A DNA stretch of 64,000 nucleotides, taken from a bacterium (GTDB taxonomy: Bacteria; Bdellovibrionota_C; UBA2361; RFPC01). The notes beneath the pieces are model-generated. The model worked only from the letters and a program-made list of their open reading frames with translations, was not told the origin of the DNA and did no database searches. Location: contig JAUIIO010000004.1 of assembly GCA_030431715.1 (NCBI GenBank), positions 977 through 64,976 of the forward strand, read 5' to 3'. How positions within the stretch are numbered: the first letter of the stretch is position 1; each line of letters opens with the position of its first letter. The position numbers and the translations under genes were made by a program. Shown one piece after another: positions 29,296-36,964 of this stretch.

Positions 29296-30449
29296 GGCTT
29301 CTCCTTGTTGTTCCGCATATAACCCTTTTTCAGCCCGAAGGTCATCTTCACCGACTAGGAGGTGTACTGTCACTACTATCAGAGGTGCAGATCTCAGCAC
29401 TTGTTCCGTACGGCTCTGAGCTTTGCTACTTTGAGCAAGAGATCCCCTTAGAGTCTGTTTATTACTTTAAAGAGCCTACCTATTTTAGAAAAGCTGTGCC
29501 CTTTTTTTTAGACTATAGCGCAGATTTTAAGAGAGAGCTCATAAGGGCGATATCAGAAACGAAGGCTGACATTGTATTCTTTGATTTTCCTTGGGGAGCA
29601 AACGCGCTTTCTCGCGACTTACAAACTCCATCTATCTATTTTTCGCACGGCGTGGAGAAGTATTTTTCCTCAAACACACTAAAACATTTGGGGATTCATT
29701 ATCCACCACTTCCTACACTTTTTTCAAAAATCATTGGATCTATTGAGAAGAGAGCGTGTCAAAAAGCAAAGCATATTCTTACCGTATCCTCTAAAGACCG
29801 TAGCGATCTTATTCGTGAGTACGATCTCAATGAAGAGAAGGTAAGCTATCTCCCTCAGCCAGTTACTATCTATAGATCTGATTTGAGTAAGAAAACCATC
29901 AGGCAAAAGTATGATCTTCCACAAAATAAAACGCTCATAGTCTTTCACGGCTCTAAGAGCCATCTCCCAAACCGCGAAGCTACTGATTGGATCTGTAAGG
30001 AGCTAGCACCACGATTTGAAGGCGATAGAGAGAAACTTCAGTTTGTAATTGCTGGAAATGGTCAGCCTGAATTTCGGCACTCAAATGTTCTATCTTATGG
30101 TTATGTTGATGATCTCAAAGAATTTCTCTTTGGGTGCGATATCGCTCTAATGCCACTTCGGACTACATTTGGAGCGCAAATGAAGCTTCTTGATTATTTT
30201 AGTTGTGGGCTTCCGGTCGTTACCACAACGTGTGGCGCCCGTGGATATACTCTTGTCAATGAGAGAGATGCACTCATAACTGGAGATAACACGGAGGAAC
30301 TTGCAGCTGGCCTACAAAAGATTATCCAAGACATGCAGCTTCAAAAATCTCTATTAGAATATGGACACGTTTATCTAAATAAACATGCCGATTCTCAGAA
30401 TATAAAAGAACGGCTTACGTCCTTACTTAGTTCTGTCGTGTCTGGTTAA
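29292..30449 (+). CDS. glycosyltransferase family 4 (GT-B)
   Basis: 4-nt overlap with the upstream gene. MPLRTTFGAQMKLLDYFSCGLPVVTTTCGARGY. Confidence 0.8.
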   Translation: MRLLLVVPHITLFQPEGHLHRLGGVLSLLSEVQISALVPYGSELCYFEQEIPLESVYYFKEPTYFRKAVPFFLDYSADFKRELIRAISETKADIVFFDFPWGANALSRDLQTPSIYFSHGVEKYFSSNTLKHLGIHYPPLPTLFSKIIGSIEKRACQKAKHILTVSSKDRSDLIREYDLNEEKVSYLPQPVTIYRSDLSKKTIRQKYDLPQNKTLIVFHGSKSHLPNREATDWICKELAPRFEGDREKLQFVIAGNGQPEFRHSNVLSYGYVDDLKEFLFGCDIALMPLRTTFGAQMKLLDYFSCGLPVVTTTCGARGYTLVNERDALITGDNTEELAAGLQKIIQDMQLQKSLLEYGHVYLNKHADSQNIKERLTSLLSSVVSG

Positions 30450-31962
30450 AGCGGTAGAGCCTATAGTTCTCATCAGTGACTGCGTCTGTAAAATTCTTTA
30501 GAGAGGTAAAAGAACCTCGGAAGTGCGCTCGCTCTTTCTCACTAAAAGAAAATATTTTGTTATAACTAAATGAATACTCACCGGGGCTTGAGTACCTATG
30601 ACCATAGAGTAGTAGAATTGGCACGTCGTACTTCTTCGATAACCTTTTGGCTGTGCGCACAAGATCGCCTAGTCTTAGTGTTTGCGCATTTTTCGTAGTA
30701 AATGACACCGTTTGCGAAAATTGTTTTTCGCGAGGTAAGTAGATACGGATATTAGGGAGATAGTATGGTACCGTCTCAACGTAATAGTCAGGTTCCGCTA
30801 TAAGAATAGCATCCTGAAGCATCGGCTCCGATTGAATAAAAGCAGCTAGCTGCTTTGCAGATGACATCGGCTTATGTAAATCAGGTAGAGCTCTTACGTA
30901 TGCATTATCAATTTGTAAGATGAGGAGAAAAAGTATTGATAGTCGTGATATTGATATAAGTGGTGTGTACGTTACGCGAGTAGCTAATCCTGCTCGGTAC
31001 ATCCAAAGGGTTGAAAAAAGTATTAAGACAAGAAAACCTTGATGTCTAAGCGCTGAGCAATTGTAGACAAGTACGTGAAATGTCGTAAGAGACCAAACTG
31101 CAGCAGCAGAATAGATCAACACATAAGGAGATCTTCTAAGGAGATAATAGAGCGGTAAGAGTACGAAAATTGGAAAGAAAGTAAGGCGTAGCGAGAGCGC
31201 ATCTGTAGCAAAGCTTGCTTGTGAGAGAAGTGCCCAAGAGATACCAGCAAGAGCTTTAAATGGTGAGAGGCTATGAGACTCAGTAACAATTGATTGCTTC
31301 TCAGGCCACATAAGCATGATAACGAGAAGAAATCCACAGGTAAGAAGAATAGATCCTGCGACTTCTCTTCTATGACACTTTTGTTTGTTATCAAATACGT
31401 ATTCAGCGATTAAGCTTAGAAAGAGTGAGATCGCAACTAAAAAAGCGAGGGCGCTTGTAGTAGATAGTAAAAGGAGTAAGAAGAGATACAGGAATGGGGA
31501 CTGGCGTCTCTGTGGATATACGGTGCAGCATGCAAAGAGAGCGAGCATACCTATCCCATAGTTTCGACACTGAGCTGCATACTCATAAAGAGGCAGTACA
31601 CCAAAGAGCCAGAGAGTCTTCTCACTTTTATAAAAGTATGGACTCCGAATAATAAGAAATCCCGCAAGGAGCGCAACAAAGACACTTATGGCCTTTAGCG
31701 CAACAGGATTCTGTGTAAACACTTGAGCTACGCACAGTATGAGATACCAGAGCGGTGGATGACCTTCGCTTCTAGAAACACGGAGTAGATCCGAGAGCGA
31801 ATCTATTTGAAGAGTGATACTCCACGCCCTTACTTCGTCTCGCCAAGGTTCGTGCGTATATGCTAGTAAGACGACTGCGATCGCATAGAGGACGAAGAGA
31901 GGTGTTAAAAAGTACCAATCACTTTTTTTAGAAGCAGTGATAGGAGAGCTTAGCCTGTTCAT
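30427..31962 (-). CDS. GT-C membrane glycosyltransferase (family 39/83, ArnT/PMT-like)
   Basis: About 11 TM helices. First periplasmic loop carries HEPWRDEVRAW (DE motif). GHPPLWYLI follows, matching the ArnT/PMT DE...HPPL signature. C-terminal ~170-aa soluble domain. Confidence 0.65.
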   Translation of the reverse strand: MNRLSSPITASKKSDWYFLTPLFVLYAIAVVLLAYTHEPWRDEVRAWSITLQIDSLSDLLRVSRSEGHPPLWYLILCVAQVFTQNPVALKAISVFVALLAGFLIIRSPYFYKSEKTLWLFGVLPLYEYAAQCRNYGIGMLALFACCTVYPQRRQSPFLYLFLLLLLSTTSALAFLVAISLFLSLIAEYVFDNKQKCHRREVAGSILLTCGFLLVIMLMWPEKQSIVTESHSLSPFKALAGISWALLSQASFATDALSLRLTFFPIFVLLPLYYLLRRSPYVLIYSAAAVWSLTTFHVLVYNCSALRHQGFLVLILFSTLWMYRAGLATRVTYTPLISISRLSILFLLILQIDNAYVRALPDLHKPMSSAKQLAAFIQSEPMLQDAILIAEPDYYVETVPYYLPNIRIYLPREKQFSQTVSFTTKNAQTLRLGDLVRTAKRLSKKYDVPILLLYGHRYSSPGEYSFSYNKIFSFSEKERAHFRGSFTSLKNFTDAVTDENYRLYRFNQTRQN

Positions 31963-33598
31963 CTTCCCATTCTCGTTTATAGTGCAGAGTAGCCGTACCG
32001 CTCTGCTTTTTTAGATTTTTTAAATAGATAGAAAGCTTTTTTGACCCTATCATTTGGATCTTCTTTAGATCTCGAGGTCTAGAATTCCAAAAAATACAGT
32101 ATCCAGGATCATCTCTTAATTTTCCAGTCACGTGGATGCGCTCTTGGCGGTAGTGGTAGTACTTAAAACTTGCATTCATAACCCCTGAGAGCACCCATCC
32201 GGGGGTAGAGACAAAGCCACCAAACAGCTTCTGTTTGGTGGTGAGCACTTCTTGTATCAGCTCTTCAGCTTTTGGATCTGCTAGCGGTTCAAGTATGGTA
32301 TTATCTTTGTCTTTTTTTATTCTCTCTACGTAGTGAGCACGGACATTTGCATATCCTAATGAAAAGGCATACATGCCTCCAAAGAATAAAGCTACAAGAA
32401 GTAACGACTTAAAGCGCGGCAAAGGAGCGATCTGCTCAGAGCTTGGGTGTGAGTTACACAATGCAGCAATCAATACTACCGGGGCGGTTGAAATAAGAAG
32501 TGTAGTGGCGTGAAAGTTATACTTTAGAAGATAGTAATCTTTGGCATCTCCTAAAAGAAAAGCGAGCGTAGTCACTATTATCGCTGGGAGTGAAAAAAAA
32601 GTAGCGAATGTAGAGGTTTTAGCAAGTTTTAGAGGAATATATCTGCGTAAGGCGATAAGAACGAGACATATACTTGATAAGCCAACTCCAATTGCCGGAA
32701 GATATAATGGAACAATCCCACCACCACGGTTAAGAAGTACTGAGAGCTTTAACCAGAGAAAAGCACATAGCAAGATGCCAAGGGCTAGGAGAAGTAGTTG
32801 AACAGTACGACCACGTGCCTCACTAGCTACTAGAAGAGTGAGAGCAAAGACGAGATCGGGAAGATTTAGTCCGTACGTCCAACGGTATAGCACAAGAGTG
32901 AGCGCAAGTAGCGTTAGCCTTTTCCACTGAACATCTTCAAGGCCGTACAGAACCGCACCTAAGAGAAGTGGTAAGATCCCAAAGAGTTGCGGATAAAACC
33001 CTTCAGCTTGTAAATAACTTAAAATGGGGAAAAGTAAGCGATCAAAAATCAGTGTATACGTTATTACAATCGCAGCAAGATATAGCAGAGTTCTTCTTGA
33101 GAGGCGTTTTGAAGCAGCCGATCCTTTAAGTACCAAGAGCGTGATGGTACTCAGATAGAGAAAGCCAAATAGGTAGTAGAGCGCTCTAAGCGCTTCAAAG
33201 TCAGAAGAGATAGTTGGAACATACTTTATCCAATAAAGGAGAGTATGAAATATTATAAACCCGTGATAGATCGCAGGATCAGGGTTAGTGAACTTATAGC
33301 TGTAGTATATATGATCAGCAACGTCCCCTCCCCCAGAGCTTACGAGACCATAAAAAGATGGATGGTACATAGTGTAAAGAAAATAACTCACTCCTACGCT
33401 TACAAGCAGAAAGAACTGAAGGGCGTTCTCTCGTAATATTTTAGTGATACTTGTCCCTACTATTGTGGCACAGAGGAGCGATATCGGTAGTGCTAGCAAC
33501 AGCGATAGCGGCAATGAAAAAAAAGACACTGTCCGTATAACGCCACTAAATGCTAGTGCAAACGTGATGCTAAGGAGAGCTAACACCAGTAAAGACAT
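31928..33598 (-). CDS. large polytopic membrane protein (possible GT-C-like transferase/polymerase); start re-set to the Met at 33596-33598
   Basis: The ORF-track call (to 33721) overlaps the upstream GT2 by 124 nt. An internal ATG at 33596-33598 forms an ATGA overlap with the GT2 stop (TGA 33598-33600), giving MSLLVLALLSITF... More than 12 TM helices plus a C-terminal soluble domain. No DE motif seen. Confidence 0.4.
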   Translation of the reverse strand: MSLLVLALLSITFALAFSGVIRTVSFFSLPLSLLLALPISLLCATIVGTSITKILRENALQFFLLVSVGVSYFLYTMYHPSFYGLVSSGGGDVADHIYYSYKFTNPDPAIYHGFIIFHTLLYWIKYVPTISSDFEALRALYYLFGFLYLSTITLLVLKGSAASKRLSRRTLLYLAAIVITYTLIFDRLLFPILSYLQAEGFYPQLFGILPLLLGAVLYGLEDVQWKRLTLLALTLVLYRWTYGLNLPDLVFALTLLVASEARGRTVQLLLLALGILLCAFLWLKLSVLLNRGGGIVPLYLPAIGVGLSSICLVLIALRRYIPLKLAKTSTFATFFSLPAIIVTTLAFLLGDAKDYYLLKYNFHATTLLISTAPVVLIAALCNSHPSSEQIAPLPRFKSLLLVALFFGGMYAFSLGYANVRAHYVERIKKDKDNTILEPLADPKAEELIQEVLTTKQKLFGGFVSTPGWVLSGVMNASFKYYHYRQERIHVTGKLRDDPGYCIFWNSRPRDLKKIQMIGSKKLSIYLKNLKKQSGTATLHYKREWEDEQAKLSYHCF

Positions 33599-34593
33599 CA
33601 GTATGCTCGCTCCGCACCTTTTGGATTTGATATTGTGAGGAGCGTTAGCCTTGATTTTATTCTCTCTACAAGACGAGAGTAGTAGAGGTATCTTAGAAAG
33701 CCGCGAGTTCCTGAGCGCCAAAAAGCGATGATGAGAGTTTTTGAGGGGATAAAACTCTTTTTATAAAGTTGCATCAGGAACAGATTTATCTCTGAAGAGA
33801 GCTCTGCAAGAGCTAATACCTTCTCCGGATCTTTCACGTGTCGGCATATCATCTGACTGTGGCGAGCCGTAATGGCTTTATACTGCTTGTCATAGTCAGA
33901 TACTGAGTCACTACCTAAAAGAGTTTGAGACGTGCGGTGTATTCGGAAAGAGGCGAGTACTTTAGGCACAAAGATCCAGTTACCCATCTCAGCTAAACGT
34001 AGCCACATATCCCAGTCTCCGGTATACCAGAGTGAGGGATCAAAAGTACCAGTATCTTGTAGTGTTGATCGCTTAAAGGTAACAGCTGGTACTGCTAAAA
34101 AATTCTGAATAAAAAGTCGTTCAAGGATGTATGCTCCATCTAAGTATTCGGTAGAATTATGAAACGGGCAGGTCCAGCATCCACGATGGACACTTTGCTC
34201 ATCGATAAACTCTGCATTGTGAACAATGACTCGAGCCTTGGGAAAGTGTTTATACGTTGTACGTAGTACCTCAATTCTATTTGGTAACCATGTGTCGTCT
34301 TGATGAAGTATACTTATAAATTCTCCGCGTGCTTCGCAGAGTGCCCTATTTGTGTTCTCTGTCCAGCTACCGGTGCGTTCTGTGCGTAAAATGCGAATAG
34401 GGAGCTTATCTACATAAGACTTGGCTAAGGCTTCGGTGTTATCAGCTGACCCATCATCAATTAAGAGCACCTCAAACTCCTGCTCCGTTTGGGCCATAAG
34501 GCTCTCTAGCGTATCTTTGAGATATCTCGCGCCGTTATACGTCGGAACAACGACCGAAAGCCACGGAGAGAAGGAACCAGTATCGGTTTGCAT
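33598..34593 (-). CDS. glycosyltransferase family 2
   Basis: SVVVPTYNGARYLKDTLESLMAQTEQEFEVLLIDDGSADNT. Confidence 0.85.
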   Translation of the reverse strand: MQTDTGSFSPWLSVVVPTYNGARYLKDTLESLMAQTEQEFEVLLIDDGSADNTEALAKSYVDKLPIRILRTERTGSWTENTNRALCEARGEFISILHQDDTWLPNRIEVLRTTYKHFPKARVIVHNAEFIDEQSVHRGCWTCPFHNSTEYLDGAYILERLFIQNFLAVPAVTFKRSTLQDTGTFDPSLWYTGDWDMWLRLAEMGNWIFVPKVLASFRIHRTSQTLLGSDSVSDYDKQYKAITARHSQMICRHVKDPEKVLALAELSSEINLFLMQLYKKSFIPSKTLIIAFWRSGTRGFLRYLYYSRLVERIKSRLTLLTISNPKGAERAY

Positions 34594-34662
34594 TTCAAGA
34601 AGTTACCAGATTAAGCGTGAAATATCTATGCTCACACAAAGAAGCATGTGAGTGCTTGAATA

Positions 34663-35961
34663 GTGCCCCTTATTGGTTTAATACAGTACCACACAATTGC
34701 TTGTTCCCTTTGTATCATGGCCGTAGCCCCCCATTCTTCAAATACATATAGAGACTCTGACCTGCCAAGGACTGAACTTGAGCAGCTCGAATTGAGTGTC
34801 GTTATTCCGTGCCTTGATGAAGCAGAAACGATCGTTGAATGTGTGACCACAGCTCTTCAGACTCTTACCTTTCATAAAATTGCAGGTGAAGTCATTGTGG
34901 CTGACAACGGGAGTACTGATGGCTCGCCGCTTCTTGCCGAAGAATGCGGCGCGCGAGTTGTTTCTGTCAAGGAGAAAGGCTATGGCAGCGCGCTCATGGG
35001 AGGAATCGATAACGCGCGAGGACGTTACATCGTCATGGGTGATGCTGACGGAAGTTATGATTTCAGAGCAATTCCTCTCTTCTTGCAGAAGCTCCGTAGC
35101 GGCTGTGACCTCGTCCAGGGTTGTCGATTACCCGTCGGAGGAGGTGTTGTAGAGTCTGGTGCTATGCCGTGGTTACATCTTTATGTGGGCAATCCATTTT
35201 TCTCTCGATTCGCTAGGCTGCTATTTCGTACTCCAATTCACGATATTAACTGTGGCCTAAGAGCATTTTCAAAAGAGCTTTATCGCCGTATCGACCAACG
35301 GTGCACAGGCATGGAATTCGCCGTTGAGATGGTGCTAAAGGCAACGCTCTTTGGCGAGTCAATAGGTGAGGTGCCTATTACCCTACATCCGGATAAGCGT
35401 ATTACAGGAAAACCTCACCTACGTACATTTCGTGACGGATGGCGCACACTCAGATTCTACCTGCTAATCAGCCCACGTTGGATTTTTCTCTACCCTGGAC
35501 TATTTCTTATGGCGGCGGGAGCACTCTTAGGAGGTCTAGCTCTCGGATCTGTACAGATAGGCAGTGCAGTTCTAGGTATCAACACCGCACTTGTCTCTAG
35601 CATGATTGTTATCGTTGGTTACCAATTAGTTATATTTGCTGCTCTCATGAAAATCTTTGCTGTTATGGAGGGACTACTCCCATACAACAAAACAACAAAG
35701 ACCTATTTCCAACTTTTTACACTTGAGAGAGGACTGCTCTGTGGTGGTGCGGCTCTTTTGCCCGGACTTACACTTATTGGTTTAGCTCTCTATCACTGGT
35801 GGAGTGCGAGCTTTGGAGATCTCACTTCTGAAGTTACGCTCTACTACGTAGTTCCCGGAGTGCTTCTCTCAATACTCGGTATACAGACGCTATTTTCAAG
35901 CTTTGCCTTTAGCATTTTGGGAATGAAGCGTAAGAAAGCCAGCCACTCCATCTCTTATTAG
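34663..35961 (+). CDS. GT2 polyprenyl-phosphate sugar synthase (GtrB/ArnC/DPM1-like) with extended C-terminal 4-TM domain
   Basis: LSVVIPCLDEAETIVECV...VADNGSTDGS...GYGSALMGGIDNARGRYIVMGDADGSYDF matches the DPM1/GtrB catalytic core. The C-terminal ~150 aa are hydrophobic with about 4 helices, possibly a fused GtrA-like segment. Confidence 0.7.
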   Translation: MPLIGLIQYHTIACSLCIMAVAPHSSNTYRDSDLPRTELEQLELSVVIPCLDEAETIVECVTTALQTLTFHKIAGEVIVADNGSTDGSPLLAEECGARVVSVKEKGYGSALMGGIDNARGRYIVMGDADGSYDFRAIPLFLQKLRSGCDLVQGCRLPVGGGVVESGAMPWLHLYVGNPFFSRFARLLFRTPIHDINCGLRAFSKELYRRIDQRCTGMEFAVEMVLKATLFGESIGEVPITLHPDKRITGKPHLRTFRDGWRTLRFYLLISPRWIFLYPGLFLMAAGALLGGLALGSVQIGSAVLGINTALVSSMIVIVGYQLVIFAALMKIFAVMEGLLPYNKTTKTYFQLFTLERGLLCGGAALLPGLTLIGLALYHWWSASFGDLTSEVTLYYVVPGVLLSILGIQTLFSSFAFSILGMKRKKASHSISY

Positions 35962-35986
35962 TATAGCTTCAGGGGAATTGAGAGAG

Positions 35987-36727
35987 CTACTTTGTAATCT
36001 CTATGAAATCTTCGATTGCACTGATTGCTCGTCGTCCATTTGGCAGATCGGTACTGAGTTGCTTCAGGTGTTCTGTGTAGTTTGTAATATCAGCACGATA
36101 CTTATCCTCTTCTTTTACAAAGAAAAACGACATCATCTCCGCTAAATCAGATAGCGAATCTCCCCACATGTAGGTTTTCGTAGAGTCGACAAGACTGGGT
36201 TGGAAGCCGGCTTTCTGGATAAGCTTTTCGTGAAGATTTGAGCCTCCTGAGCGTGCAATGCCGATCTGAGAATACACATGACTGGAAAAGAGATCCCAAT
36301 CACAACCATCTTGAAACGTTACTACTATAATCCTTCCATCTTCACTCTTTGCGTTTGTCAGTCTCTTGAGGGTATCAGCTATCTTATCTACAGGTATTCC
36401 AGTAAAAGAATAGGAAAGTAGAATCATATCGTATGTGCGCGTTGGCTCGTAATCTTCAATTTGAGATTCCTGTGCTTGAACCTTTGGAATGTCAGCTAAA
36501 CGCTTTACAAATTCTGGTTTTTTATCGACAGCTGTAATCTCACGAAAGTAGCTTGAAAGATAACCAGTAAGTACCCCGTCCCCTGCTCCAAGGTCTAAGA
36601 GAGACTCAGCACCTGTCTCTTTCGCAAGATCAATCAAGATCGCTGCAATGCTCTCCTTGGCGTCTGTGGATGCCGTGAATTTTTCAAAGCTAGAGCTGTA
36701 GTTTGTGTAATCTGAAGAGTGGCTCAA
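35987..36727 (-). CDS. class I SAM-dependent methyltransferase
   Basis: Motif I LLDLGAGDGVLTGYL. Typical ~245-aa Methyltransf_11/25-like protein. Confidence 0.8.
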   Translation of the reverse strand: MSHSSDYTNYSSSFEKFTASTDAKESIAAILIDLAKETGAESLLDLGAGDGVLTGYLSSYFREITAVDKKPEFVKRLADIPKVQAQESQIEDYEPTRTYDMILLSYSFTGIPVDKIADTLKRLTNAKSEDGRIIVVTFQDGCDWDLFSSHVYSQIGIARSGGSNLHEKLIQKAGFQPSLVDSTKTYMWGDSLSDLAEMMSFFFVKEEDKYRADITNYTEHLKQLSTDLPNGRRAISAIEDFIEITK

Positions 36728-36964
36728 AGTGTTCCTGTGAGTAAGTACAATCGCGGTAGCATATCAGATGTCAGCTTGCTTTGCCTCAGGTAGCGAATTT
36801 CCACGGCATTTCTCTGTGACTTTTGATACGAAAAAGCAAATATATCATAAATATCAATATGATAACAGGGCAGAGGGATGCCTCTCCGGAGTTCAATTAA
36901 TATCAAGTTATTCTTCAAACTCCCCGACTTCGATCGTGTAGGTTACATCTTTACTAGGGCAATC

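Noticed and set aside
33598-33721. N-terminal 41 aa of the ORF-track 597-aa call (31928-33721)
   Set aside because: Overlaps the upstream GT2 coding region by 124 nt. The internal ATG at 33596-33598 gives an ATGA overlap and a hydrophobic N-terminus, so the extension is likely not translated.
36878-36964. N-terminal 29 aa of the ORF-track call for the YWTD protein
   Set aside because: Precedes a canonical signal peptide starting at MKRLILLLLL. The upstream Met has no SD.
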